The notes: generated by a model not told the origin, from the sequence alone. Counted from the stretch's first letter, positions 11,441 to 23,190 are shown. The stretch: DNA of 64,000 nucleotides from Heteronotia binoei (GCF_032191835.1 NC_083242.1:38192001-38256000); one strand, 5' to 3'. Numbers and translations: made by a program.

Positions 11441-12456
11441 GCCCTTTGAACCTCCTTGGGCTGACAAGCAGCCCGGCTCACTTTTCACTGAATTGCTCAG
11501 AAACATAGAAGGCAAAAACAGCCACGTTGCATGGGTTTCATTTTGGAAAGGAGGAACCCACCTCCTTCTGCCTCTCCTCTGTGTCCAGGGGCATATTAGT
11601 AAGCAAGCAGGCTGCAAAGAGGTCCCCGCAGTTGCAGCAAGCTGCCTTGACCGCTCAGAAAGGTGTGCTATACATTTGCTTTGAGGATGACAATCCATAT
11701 ACAGCAGGGATGCGATCCCTTCCCCCTTGCCCGTGATACTCAGGGTACCCTACGCAGAGTTCCATTGTAACAAAGCAGTAGACAAGTGTACCTTTAAGAC
11801 CAACTAAGTTTTTAATCAGAATGTAAGCTTTTGTGTGCTCTTAAGCAGAGTTCATCAGACAAAATGGGACTGGCAAGCAGCAATTCTTAATATAAGTGGG
11901 CAGGGAGTTGGTATGTGGAATCATGGGAATGTTTTTAGCAGATTAAAAGAATCACAAATAGGGGTCTGTGTTTGTTAGTGTTAGAACAAAGCAGGGCTGA
12001 AAACAACACTGGAGGGTGATAAAAAGCAGACTACTGTTGTAGGTGTGAAGTGCCATAAAACTAGGTAACATTCCGGCTTTGTTAGCTTATAGAGGGCATG
12101 CTTTCTCATTGTGTTGCCAGCCCTCATCCCATAACTCTGGAAAGTGTCTAAAATGATGGAAGAATTAGACTGCCAAAGGACCAAGGCGTGGGGAGGGGTT
12201 TGGCAAGCTCTCCGCTTCAGCCCTCAGCAGCATCTCCAGTTAAAAGGGGCAGGCAGAAGGTGATGGGAAAGACCCTTCTCCGCCTGAGACCCAGGAGAGA
12301 GCTGCTGCCAGACTGAGTAGACAAGACTGACCTGGATGGGTCTGATTGTGGGGAAGGCAGCCTTGTGCATGTGCCAGGCGGCCGGGAGAGTGCTCTTTTG
12401 CAGAAGCGACGCTCTTCTGTTGTTCTCCGCTGCTGACTGTGTGTCGTGTCGCTTAG

Positions 12457-12584
12457 GGGTGGCCGTCATGAAGCTGAAGAGCCCCCCGGTGAACAGCCTG
12501 AGCCTGGAGCTGCTGACGGAATTCTCGATAAGCCTGGAGAAGCTGGAGAACGACAAGGCCTGCCGGGGGATCATCCTGACCTCG
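12457..12584 (+). CDS. ECI1: ECI1 exon 3 (VAVMKLKSPPVNSLSLELLTEFSISLEKLENDKACRGIILTS)
   Basis: Crotonase-family N-terminus, 128 nt, canonical splice sites. Confidence 0.95.
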
Positions 12585-12789
12585 GTACAGATCCCATACA
12601 GGGATACGGCTCTTCTGGGCCAGTAGCGGTTGGTGGGAAATGTTCCTCTGCTGCTTCTGCTGTTGCAGTCGGTCTTCCCATCTTCGTGAGCGGACTTAGT
12701 GGCCGGCCGTTGGGTTTTCTGGGCCCCTGTGAAGGTGGCCACTATGGAGCGTAGTTCGGACATGGATGGGAAAGGAAGAACCTTCTCTT

Positions 12790-12925
12790 AAATGTGCCAA
12801 GGAGGGAAGGCAGATGTGCCATTGCCTTCCTCTGCAGAGCGACCCTGGGCTTCCTGGGTGGTCTCCCATCCAAAGACTGACCAGGGGCGACTCTGCTTAG
12901 CTTCCAAGTTGGGCTGCCCTGGGCC
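12790..12925 (-). mobile_element. 5S rRNA-headed SINE (ECI1 intron 3)
   Basis: Reverse complement GGAAGCTAAGCAG...TTGGATGGGAGACCAC followed by a GAAGGCAATGGC Sauria-like segment. Confidence 0.7.
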
Positions 12926-13634
12926 ATCCAGCCAGGAGTCCCAGGGCACCAGAGAGAGTAGCAATTCCAGGGCCAGGTTTCTGGTGCCAGGGCTCACTTC
13001 AGATTTGTACTGTGTTAAGGCAGATGAGAAGGGTGGGGTGGGGGGTCATTTCCAAAAAAACCCAGTTAAAACAGGAACCAACCACTGATGGGCAAAGGAA
13101 CACTCCCCATGTTGACAGATAAACAGCCAGGGTTTAATTTAAAATCTCCTCTGAAAGTGAAACTGGAGACGCCGATCCAATTAGAAAGCGCTGCAGGCCT
13201 AATTGAAAGAATTAAAAGCTTAAGGGATGAGCTGCGCAGGGTATTAGCACTGAGGTGAGTGATCGTTTCAGGCGGGTGGCCGTATTCGTCTATCGTTCCA
13301 GCACAGCCTCTTGTTGCAAAATTCTGGGCAGCTGAACGGTCAGGTCTTGCTTTAAGGCTCAGGGCTTGGAAGGAATTTGTTTTGGGGTGGGAAGGTGGTG
13401 TCTGGGGACTTGGTTTGAGGAGGTGTGGCCCCTTGCTGTGAAGGCCAAGAGACTGCCTTTCTGTTGCTTCGTGTCACGTCTGGGAAGTGCGGGTGATGCA
13501 GGGCTCTTTGGGGAGGGGAGAGGGGATGTGGCCAGATCTTACCTTCCTTTGGGGCTTGAACAGTGCAGGAGGTCTTTTTGTCGCCTGGTGTCAGAGGGAG
13601 ACGTCCTGAGACGCTTTCCTCTCCCTCTTCCCAG

Positions 13635-13781
13635 GTTGTCCCCAAAATCTTCTCGGCAGGGCTAGACATCACTGAGATGCACGGCAAAAGCAAGGAGCAC
13701 TATGCGGAGTTCTGGAAGGCCGTGCAGGAGATGTGGCTGAAGCTGTACGATTCCCGTCTGGCGATGGTTGCTGCCATCAAC
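13635..13781 (+). CDS. ECI1: ECI1 exon 4 (VVPKIFSAGLDITEM...MVAAIN), GC donor
   Basis: 147 nt; FSAGLD oxyanion motif; followed by GCAAGT. Confidence 0.9.
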
Positions 13782-14391
13782 GCAAGTTTACTTCTGCTAC
13801 ATCCAGCTCCCTTGGTTCCCTGGCCTCTCCGGGCGAGAAGGGTCACACCCTGACTCAGCTGAGATGCTGGGAAAGACAGAGGATGCTGGTGGGACAGGGG
13901 AAGGGGGGGTGTCACCAAAACCATCCACTTAAATGGCAAAACACGCACACGGTGCCGTCTGTTGCAAATGGCATGTGGGCATTTCAGTGATCAAGTTTGC
14001 TTGCTTTAGACAAGATAGGATCGGGCCACTGGTTTGCCCCAAAGCCTTCAAAACGCACCACCCAAATTAGTTGCCAACGCGTTGTTTCTAAAGGGCTTCC
14101 TGTGCTTGGTGCTCTTCACAGCTCACAAAGTGGATGCTACCTTGTGTGACTATTTGGTCCTTAGAACCCCAGTGTGGCTCGTGAGGCCTGGCGTTCAGGA
14201 GCTCACTTGCTCTGCATTGAAAGAACTGGCTACTTTGAGAATGCTCCTGTCTTGAGAGTGTTTCAAATCAAAGGAAAATGAACTGGGGCAGGGAGAGAAC
14301 TTGAGAGTTCAGGTTCTGCAGCTCCTAGAGTGCCCTGGGGAGCCAAGGGTGCTGTTTGGGGCCAAGTGGACTGTGTGTTTTCTGCTCCTAG

Positions 14392-14513
14392 GGTTCCAGC
14401 CCTGCCGGTGGCTGCCTCATGGCCCTCTCGTGCGACTATAGAATCATGGCCGAGAACCCCAAATACAGGATTGGTCTGAATGAGACGCAGCTGGGAATCA
14501 TCGCCCCCTTCTG
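14392..14513 (+). CDS. ECI1: ECI1 exon 5 (GSSPAGGCLMALSCDYRIMAENPKYRIGLNETQLGIIAPFW)
   Basis: AGG motif and catalytic Glu in GLNET; 122 nt. Confidence 0.95.
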
Positions 14514-14638
14514 GTGAGGGAGGAGTGCGGGCAGCCGTGGAGGAGCAGCCAGGAGGCCTTTTTGGCGTGGGCCCCGTGCAGGCTTGGCTAGCTAGCGCCG
14601 TGCCTTCCGCTGCCTGAACATCTGTCCCTTGTGGCCAG

Positions 14639-14817
14639 GTTCAAAGATGTGATGATAAGCACCGTTGGCCACAGAGCCGCAGAGCGGTCCTTGCAGCTCG
14701 GCCTCCTCTACTCCGCACCTGATGCTCTCAAGCTTGGCCTCGTGGATCAGCTGGTGCCGGAAGAGAAGATGGAGAGCGCGGCGACTCAGGTGATGGCACA
14801 GTGGTTGGCCACTCCAG
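14639..14817 (+). CDS. ECI1: ECI1 exon 6 (FKDVMISTVGHRAAERSLQLG...WLATP)
   Basis: 179 nt, canonical splice sites, clear homology to human ECI1. Confidence 0.95.
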
Positions 14818-15317
14818 GTGAGGAAGCAAGGAGAGGATCCTCCCCCCATCCCCACAGGTGTCTCTGCAGAGATAAAAACATGGGGGGGGGGGCTGGTCCC
14901 AGGGCAAACGGACCATGGAGGGAAAGCTCGGTTGGGGAGCTGAGTGAGAACCTATTTGTTGAGGGGCTGCAGGGAGGGCTCCATCTCGGAGTTCGTTTGC
15001 AGTCCTAGAGTGTCTCAGAGGGGGCCAAGGAAGAAGCAGACCTGTTGGCGTCTTTTCCCTAAAGGCTGCTGGGGAGGGGCATTCGCTTGCATCCCTGTTG
15101 GGTTCCCTACAACCCACTTGGGGGTTCTCGCTTCTCCTCCTCCCCACGGGCACCCATCCAGGTGCGGAGAGAGAGCTAGTAGAAGAGCAGTTGTAAGCTG
15201 GGGGGGGGGACAAGAGGAAGGGAGGGAGGCGTCGAATCCATGCCTGTTAGCTTAAATCCCTGCAGCTGGGGCAGAGTAGATCCAGGTTAGGCTTTGGGCC
15301 CAGATTCAAGGCATCGT

Positions 15318-15491
15318 CAGGGCTTTTTTTGTAGCAGGAACTCCTTGCATATTAGGCCACTCCCCTCTTATGTAGCCAATCCTCCAAGGGCTTATAGGGC
15401 TCTTATTCCAGGGCCTACTCCGGGAGGATTGGCTACATAAGAGGGGTGTGGCCTAATATGCAAAGGAGTTCCTGCTACAAAAAAAGCCCTG
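15318..15491. mobile_element. Palindromic hAT-type MITE, same family
   Basis: TIRs CAGGGCTTTTTTT/AAAAAAAGCCCTG; TSD GGCATCGT/GGCATCGC. Confidence 0.88.
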
Positions 15492-16005
15492 GGCATCGCA
15501 GATCGGCAAGTGGAGGTCATTGGACCAAGCCTGGCGCTCCTGCGGAATGTAGAATCATAGAGTTGGAAGGGCCGTCTTGCCTCACCCCCTGCTCAGTGCA
15601 GGAGCAGCCTAGCGCACCCCTGACGAGAGTTTGTCCAGCTGCTGCTCAAAGACGGCCAGGGAGGGGGAGCTCACCGCTTCCCCAGCAGCTGATTCCATTA
15701 TTGAAACTACTTCATGCCCCCCTCTGTCTTCCATTGCCAGCCAGGAGGCTAGGGGATGGGTGAAGCTGGTGCGGGAGTTGTGGAAGGAGAAGGATTTATT
15801 TTCAGTTCATTTGTTTGATTTGCATATCTTCCTCTCCCCCACTGTAATAATGCATCTATACATAAAATTTAAAACAAAACAGGAGTCAACTAATTAGAGA
15901 TGGCGCTGGAATATTCCACATTCCGCCCTTCTTGAGCTGGGGTGGGGTGGGGTGTGGGGGGAAACCAGCCGCTTGATCCCACCGACTTCCGCCCTCTGCT
16001 GCTAG

Positions 16006-16172
16006 ATCACGCCCGTCAGATCACCAAGTCGATGATGCGGAAGAAGGCGGTGGAGCGCCTGCACAAGCATCGGGACTCCGACATCCAGAACTTTGTCGAC
16101 TTCATCTCCAGAGACTCCATCCAGAAGTCCCTCCAGATGTACATTGAGATGCTGAAACAGAGGAAGGCCTAA
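16006..16172 (+). CDS. ECI1: ECI1 exon 7 (DHARQITKSMMRKK...MLKQRKA*)
   Basis: Ends in TAA; summed CDS is 867 nt (288 aa), in frame. Confidence 0.95.
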
Positions 16173-16365
16173 GCTGGCTGAGGAGCTGCCGGCCAGGCTG
16201 GCGATGGAGCGGGGAGGGGGGCTCCAGCGTTGCCAGCCCAGAAACCTCCGTGCCTTTTTCTGCTGTGGTGCCTTTTGCCTGGACTTTGGATCCCGGGAGG
16301 AGGGATCTCTCGGGGCCGGGCAGGAGTTCTCTTAAATGAGTGAGTTTAACAGAATGTGAACTGTC

Positions 16366-16371
16366 AATAAA
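16366..16371 (+). terminator. ECI1 polyadenylation signal AATAAA
   Basis: AATAAA about 195 nt after the stop codon. Confidence 0.65.
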
Positions 16372-17024
16372 GGTAACTGTTCGAACAGGGGCTCCTGTCT
16401 TCCTGCCAGTAGCTGCTGGCACACAGCCTCTCAGCCGCGGGAGGGGTGGGGAGAGAGAAACTGGCCACATTCCACCGAGACTCCCCAGTTGGTGTGTTGT
16501 GTGTCTGCTCCCGGCCCTTGCTGCCTTTTCCGTTGCTGCTGGTACCCTGCTGCTGGATAGAGGCCCTGGCACGGCATTGCCCTTGCAGGGGGCAGACCTG
16601 AGCTGTCTATTGGCGGCAAACAGACCAGGAGCCCTCAAGAGAATCTCCCTCTTTAGTTGTGATTAGGTCACACTTGGATCTCCGCTGCTGCCTGGGATAC
16701 CTGCATCCTACCGTGGAATAATCCAGTTCTGCGCTCAAAAGAATATTTGTTCTGCAGTCATTCTGTAAAGATGTTTGCATAAGTTTTATTTTAGCATTGT
16801 TCGTGAATTCTTTTAATGTTCAAGCAGGTTTTTTTTATTATTTTGGACCAGGGCAACGTGATTGATAAAGGGAAATTCTATGATGTTTGGACTATTCAGA
16901 CACACACACCTCGCCCTTACACGGAATAGTTGGTCTCCCGAGTAGCCATAATTCACCAAAGGGACGTCTTTCTACCAGAATCAGTTAGGAAATTGGCTGG
17001 GAAGGGGGCCAGAGGGTGTTTATG

Positions 17025-17318
17025 CCCCTTGGCGCAGAGTGGTAAAGCTGCAGTACTGCAGTCCTAAGCTCTGCTCACGACCTGAGTTCGATCCCAGCAG
17101 AAGCTGGGTTCAGGTAGCCGGCTCAAGGTTGACTCAGCCTTCCATCTTTCCTAGGTCAGTAAAATGAGCACCCAGCTTGCTGGGGGGAAAGTGTAGCTGA
17201 CTGGGGAAGGCAATGGCAAACCACCCCGTAAAAAAGTCTGCCATGAAAACATCCTGATGTGACATCACCCCAGAGTCGGAAACAACTGGTGCTTGCACAG
17301 GGGACTACCGTTACCTTT
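17025..17318 (+). mobile_element. Sauria-type SINE
   Basis: GTTGACTCAGCCTTCCATC...GGCAATGGCAAACCACC...GGTGCTTGCACAGGGGAC; other copies at 28441-28720 (-), 35160-35450 (-) and 60590-60885 (+). Confidence 0.8.
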
Positions 17319-18010
17319 TTTTCCTCCAAAGGGGGTTAAAAGCATGGAGCTGGAGTGTGTGACTGGCCCAGGGTCACCCAGCAAGCTTCCCTGGCAGAGT
17401 GGGGGGTTTAAACTGGAGTCTTCAGGATCCTGATCCGCACCAATCCCCTCCAGAGCTTTTGGGAGTTGCTTGGTCCTTCTTAGTTGCCCCCAAATTAGGG
17501 AGGGATGGAGATGGGGTTAGTAGTGGGAATTGTGTGGAAAGATGGTTTGCTTGAGGCCTCTGTCCTGTCCTCTCGGTCTTGAGTGACTGGGGGAGGGGGG
17601 GAGGAAAAGGATGCTTGTGTGGACTTTACACTTGGCTGCTGACTCAGATTTGGAAGGTGGGGAAGGGGAACCAGCTGTGAGGGGGCCGCTTATCATAGCT
17701 GCCCTGGGATTCCGGGCTGGAAACCAAAGGCTAACAGGGAGGAGAGCCAGGAGGAGACCTGATTTTTCCCTCTCTCTTTAATTTTTCCCCCGTATGTCTT
17801 TCCCACCACCCCACAGACTGAGTGAAATCCTCGCTGTTCTAAGATTTCAAACAGCTGGCTTGAACTGTGACGGGCTGATTCCCAAAGGGAAAAGAGGGGT
17901 GTGTGGGGGACCTTTCAAGCCATCGAACTCAGAGCAACAACTCCAGCCTGTAAAGGAAAAGAACACACAGTCTGGAATGCCTGACACTTTGCCGTGAACT
18001 CACATAGGTT

Positions 18011-18016
18011 TTTATT
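18011..18016 (-). terminator. Candidate DNASE1L2 polyadenylation signal
   Basis: First canonical minus-strand AATAAA I found downstream of the stop, about 1.35 kb away. Confidence 0.35.
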
Positions 18017-18556
18017 CGAAACACAAGAGTTGTGTTACAGTTGGCTGAAGCTAAGCTTGCATGTAAAAGCCTGATCCTAGATATGCTTATTCAGAAGTAA
18101 GTCATACCGAGTTCAGGTTCCACAGGATGTCAACGATTGGGCCTCCTCATGAATGCCAATGGGAGCAGCGGAGGCCAGAGCTGTGGGGGTGGAGGCTGGG
18201 CGGAGAGTTTCATTGAGGTAGCTTGAAAGACCACATCGGCGCACCAGCTCCAGCCTGCAAGTGCTTCTTGCCCCAAGAGGTGACCTGATTCCTCTTCCTT
18301 GAAAAACTGGCCTGTCTCCCTTTGCTTTTGCAATCAAAAAACGATTAGGAGAATTAAAAGATCTCACTGGCCAACATCCAGCCTTCCTTCATAGGTCGGT
18401 GCTGCCAAATGAGTCAATAGTGCCGCTTATTATCTTCTGAGAGGACGAAACACTTGCAAGATGAAAGGATGGCACCGGAAAATGCTGCCCAAAGCTGTAG
18501 AGTGAGCTGAGCGTTGAAAGTCAACAAGCCCATGAAATGGCTTTTATGATCTAGAT

Positions 18557-18853
18557 CGGGTGTGGCCAAACTTGGTTAATGTAAGAGCCACATAGAATAA
18601 ACTTCAGTTGTTTGAGACCCACAAGACATGAATGTCAGATACTTTAGAACCACAAGACAGAGGGAGGGAGGAAGGAAAATAGATGGGGGAGGGAGAGGTG
18701 GGTAGAAAGCAACTTTAGATGGCTTGGCTTGGAGAAGCGATTTAAAGAGACAAAAGCCTTTTCCAAGTTGGCCGACAGAGCAGTGGGGGCTTCAAGAGCC
18801 ACACGTGTGAAAGAGCCACATGTGGCTCCTGAGCCACAGTTTGGCCATCTCTG
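18557..18853. mobile_element. hAT-Charlie-type MITE
   Basis: TIRs ..GTGGCCAAAC/GTTTGGCCA..; perfect TSD ATCTAGAT, fitting the NTCTAGAN Charlie/Buster target consensus. Confidence 0.85.
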
Positions 18854-19358
18854 ATCTAGATAAAGCCAGAGCTATTATTATTGAAAGGGAGGGGTGTAGC
18901 GCAGGGGTAAGAGCCTCTGGTTGGTACACAGGAGGTCCCAGGTTCAGTCCCCGGCATCCCCAACAAAAAGGACCAGGCTGCTGCCAGTCTGAGTAGGCAA
19001 GACTGACTTGGAGGGGCCGACGGGGGGCTGATTCAGTATAAGGCAGCTTTGTGCATTCGACAGATCAATCCCTTCTGTGCAATAGGATGGATTCCAGCAC
19101 TGAGAAATGCAGGCTGTAAATTCGCAGTGTTGTGATGGGACTGGAAGCCAGAGTTTGCTAGGAGGGAGAGAAATGGCCGTCGGCCGTCCTGGCCCACAAC
19201 TCCTGGGCTCCTGGGCTTGCTTCACGACCCAGCGAGACCTTGGAAAGCTGGAAGGGTGGGATGGCCACAAAGCAGCAGAGCGAAGACACCACCCACATCG
19301 GAGGTCCAGCCGTGGCTGCAACGCTTCAACCTTCCTTGGCCCGAGAAGTCCGGGACCC

Positions 19359-19412
19359 TCACGGAGAGTCCAAGGTCACCTCCACTGGGAAATGGTCGCT
19401 GATGGCCAGAGC
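19359..19412 (-). CDS. DNASE1L2: DNASE1L2-like exon 8 (ALAISDHFPVEVTLDSP*)
   Basis: SDHFP catalytic His252-equivalent; total CDS 834 nt (277 aa); tail-to-tail with ECI1 as in human. Confidence 0.9.
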   Translation of the reverse strand, partial: ALAISDHFPVEVTLDSP

Positions 19413-19784
19413 CTGCAAGGAAGGACACAAGGAGAAAAAGCAGGGCAGCTGGTGAGGCGGGACCCTTCTGGGGATCGTCACGCTGCATTGGGGAGGGGCT
19501 GTGGTGGCAGAAGGTCCCTCCCCCCCCCCTTCAGTCCCCAGCAGCAGCAGCAGCTCCAGTTCAAAAGGGCCAGGCAGGAGGGGATGGGGAAGACCTTGGC
19601 CTGAGCTTCATGGGAAGGGGCCCTGGTGGCTCAGGGGCAGAGCCTCTGCTTGGCACGCAGGAGGTCCCCAGTTCAACTCCCTACAGCAGCAAGGGTGTCA
19701 AACTCATTTGTCATGAGGGCCAGATCTGACATAAATGAGACCTTGTTGGGCCAGGCTGTGTGTGTCCCTATTTAAGATTAGGTA

Positions 19785-20050
19785 GCGAAAGGCAAAGGTG
19801 AAAAAGAAAAATTCACCCAACTGAATGCAGGTTTTCAGAGAACAGTAAGGAGAGAAAAGGAGGCTTTCCTGAAGGAACAATGCAATGCAGTAGAGGCAAA
19901 TAATAGAATGGGAAGGACAAGAGATCTCTACAAGAACATTGGAGAAATCAAGGGAACGTTTCATGCAAAGATGACCATGATAAAGGACAAAAATGGTAGG
20001 GACATAACAGAAGTAGAAGAGATCAGGAAGAGGTGGCAAGAATACACAGG
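19785..20050 (+). mobile_element. Internal BovB LINE fragment in DNASE1L2 intron 7
   Basis: Translates KGKGEKEKFTQLNAGFQR...NNRMGRTRDLYK...KRWQEYT, matching recalled BovB ORF. Confidence 0.85.
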
Positions 20051-20292
20051 GTTCAGCCAACAGGTCCATCCAAGTCAGTATTGTCTGCTCAGACTGGCAG
20101 AGGCTCTCCAGAATCAACTGCCTTCATCCCCTCCTTTGGGAGCTCTTGAATGCGAAGCTATGCTTTAATTGCTCTGGCAGCCCATCAGGAAAGGCAAGAA
20201 ACGGAAAGCTGAAGAAGAAGCCATTGAAATGAGCTGCTTCGATGGGCCCTTTGGTGATCTAAATCGATCCATCCTGGAGGAGAAAGACCCAC

Positions 20293-20389
20293 CTCTTCCT
20301 GGCTCAGCTTGAAGGCAGTCTGGAAGTTAAACACCTTGGGAGATTTGGGGTCAATCCGCTTCCTCAGCTTTGAGCCGCTCACGACGATC
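20293..20389 (-). CDS. DNASE1L2: DNASE1L2-like exon 7 (IVVSGSKLRKRIDPKSPKVFNFQTAFKLSQEE)
   Basis: 97 nt, canonical splice sites. Confidence 0.9.
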
Positions 20390-20745
20390 CTGGAAGGCAA
20401 AAGGGCACAGGCGGAGTGCGTCTTCCAGGTGTGGATCCTGCAGCCTGTCCACCAGAACATGGCCACTGTAAGCTAGAGAGTCAGCAAAGAGCCAGTGACA
20501 GAGACACACTGGTGAACCTCCTGGAGAGGCTCAAAGGGATTGTTGTGGCCCTCCAGGTTGGGAAATTCCTGGAGATTTGGGAGTGACGCCTGCAGAAGGT
20601 GAGGTCTGGGGAAGGGAGGGGCTTCAGCAGGGTACAATGCTCTAGAGCCCCCCCCCCCTCCAAAGCAGCCATTTTCTCTGAGGAACAGATCTCTGTTGTA
20701 ACTCTGGGAGATCTCCAGCTGCTGCCTGGAGGTTGGCCACCCTAC

Positions 20746-20900
20746 CTGTCATAGGCACAGTCCGACTGGCCCACAGTGGTGTCTGCGGAGTCGGAGATGA
20801 GCCACTTGAAGACATCACTGGTACGCAGGCGGATGGAGGCCCAGTCCTTTTTCCCCACATAGCTGCAGTCGGCGTTGAAATCTCCGAGAAACATCATGTT
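20746..20900 (-). CDS. DNASE1L2: DNASE1L2-like exon 6 (NMMFLGDFNADCSY...SADTTVGQSDCAYDR)
   Basis: 155 nt; GDFNADC and CAYDR; TTVGxSDC is L2-type. Confidence 0.92.
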
Positions 20901-21996
20901 CTGCCCAGGGAAGAAGGGGGGAGGTGCTGCTCAGCCTGGGGACCCCAGGACTGAATCCAGAGAAGCCCTACTGTGGGGTTCATCTCATCCAGGGCAGGGC
21001 AGGGGCCCAGGGGGCTCGCTTCACTTAGGCCTCCCAATCCCCAGGTCCCAGCGGGGGATCCCCTGGTTTTACAGGCTCCCCCCCTCCCCCAGCCAGCTGG
21101 CCGGCGGGGGAAGCTCCACCCCCACAGCCATTATGCACCTCCATGAACGATTCCCATAGGGAATGATGGGGAATTGATCCATGGGTATCGGGGGCTCTGG
21201 GAGAGCTGTTTTTTTAGGTAGAGGTGCCAAATTTTCAGTATAGCATCCAGTGCCTCTCCCCAAAATACCTCCCAGGTTTCAAAAGGATTGGACCAGGGGG
21301 TCCAATTCTACGAGCCCCAAAAAGAAGGTGCCCCTAGCTTTCATTATTTCCTATGGAAGGAAGGCATTTTAAAAGGTGTGCTGTCCCTTTAAATGTGATG
21401 GCCAGAACTCCCTTGGAGTTCAATTATGCTTGTCACATCCTTGCTCCTGGCTCCGCCCCCATGTCTCCTGGCTCCGCCCCCAAAGTCCCCAGATATTTCT
21501 TGAATTGGACTTGGCAACTCTATCACTTAGTCTGGTTTCCCTTTAATCCCACTTGTAGGCTGCGATTGACAAAGGGAGGGCCCTGGCTGGGAGGCAAGCA
21601 GAAGGCCCCCGGTTCAATCCCCGGCAGCATCTCCAGCTAAAAAGACCAAGCAGGAGACGCTATGCAAGACCCCTCAGCCTGAGACTCTGGAGAGAGCCAC
21701 TGTCTGGGGCTCAGGGGTGGAGCCTCTGCTTGGCAGGCAGAAGGTCCCCGGTTCAATCGCAGTTAAGAGGACGGGTGAGGCGAAAGACGCTTCTCTGCCT
21801 GAGACCCTGGAGAGCGCTGCCAGTCTGAGCAGACAAGACCAGCAGTGATGTATCGAGGGGTCCCTCCCACATCCCTTCTCAAGGCTTAACTCGCACCCAA
21901 GATCCTCTGCTTTCCACCACTAAAGAGTGGTCTGTGAATGAGGCACGGCTGGGGGGGGGGCTGCTTCTCCATCCCCCTCCGCACCTGGCCACTTAC

Positions 21997-22109
21997 GTCA
22001 GTTCCCCATTTGTCTATGACCTTCAGGTAGACGTCGTAGAGGGCATCTATTTCGGCCACGGCTTCGCTCGGAGGGGTGTGAAGAGGCACCAGGATCAGTG
22101 GCTCCCCCT
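21997..22109 (-). CDS. DNASE1L2: DNASE1L2-like exon 5 (GEPLILVPLHTPPSEAVAEIDALYDVYLKVIDKWGTD)
   Basis: 113 nt; catalytic His134-equivalent. Confidence 0.9.
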
Positions 22110-22320
22110 CTGCGAGAGAACCAGAGTTAGAAGGCGGCACCCCTTGCTTGTGTTCCCAGAGCCCCAGAAGGGCAGAGCCCTCCAGAGTCCCCCTCTGCCC
22201 GCCTGCTGCGTTCTGCTTCCAGCGGTGTCCTCCTGCCCCCTCCCCCGGCACCTGAGGGCAGGTGCAGACCCTGTGGGGAGCGGGGAGAAGGAGGGGTGTC
22301 CTTGCAGCCCCCTGGCTCAC

Positions 22321-22421
22321 TGGAGTTGGGAACCGAGAACTTCACGATGAAGGGGGCTCTGCTGAAGGCGTTGTCGCGGTTGGGATACTGGTACTGGGCT
22401 TCGGGAGAGACGCTCTCGGGC
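22321..22421 (-). CDS. DNASE1L2: DNASE1L2-like exon 4 (PESVSPEAQYQYPNRDNAFSRAPFIVKFSVPNS)
   Basis: 101 nt; lacks the C101-C104 loop, as human DNASE1L2 does. Confidence 0.88.
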
Positions 22422-23190
22422 CTGGAGAGAAAGCAGAGGCGCTTTTCAAGAGTAATGCAATGTTCTGTCTAGCCTGCCTGCTGTCAGTGCTGCTCTTCTG
22501 GGGTGGGGTGTGCAGAAGCCTTCTGCCAGGAAGCCAGACAGCCTGTGGGGGGCGGGGGGGGTGTGTGTGTCAAGGGTTCGGGTTAGGCCCTCTGACCCAG
22601 GAATGTCTCTCGTCTCCTGCTGGCCAGATCCAGGCAGAAGAGGGGCCAGGCATCAAAGTGACACCAATCGCCTCCAGCGTCGCTGAGGCTGCCAGCCAGA
22701 GCAGGCCCTCTTGGGGGGCTGCCTGGGCGGGGGTCACTTGTGTGACTGGGCTCAAGAACGGGTCCTGCACCCATCAAGGGTGACCCCCCCCCCCAGCACA
22801 AACTAATTGAAGCCTCCTGTGAAGCTGCTTGATCCTGAATCAGACCATCCCCCAGAATCCATCGGGCTCCTACTCAGGCTGGCAGCCGCTCTCTTCCCAT
22901 CCCCTTCTGCCTGGTCCTTCTAACTGGAGCTGCTGCCAGGGGGTGACCTTCTGCCTGCCAAGCAGGGGCTCTGCCATTGGGCCACCAGCAGCTCCCGCTT
23001 TGCAATATTGCAGCCGCTGCTTTTTGCCCTTCCCACGGGATCCACTGCCTCTGTGCCTCTGTTACTGGTGGGACTCCAGAGTACCACGGACCAAGCTAAG
23101 AGGAGGAGGACTCAAGGGCTTTGCACCAGCCCAATGAATTTACTCTTAAATGGGGGGGGGGGGGGGAGCTAGCCAAAGTTGGTTCCGTAC

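Noticed and set aside
18944-19358. Possible stop-codon readthrough extension of DNASE1L2
   Set aside because: The frame after TGA hits another TGA within 11 codons; the 125-aa downstream ORF is in a different frame.
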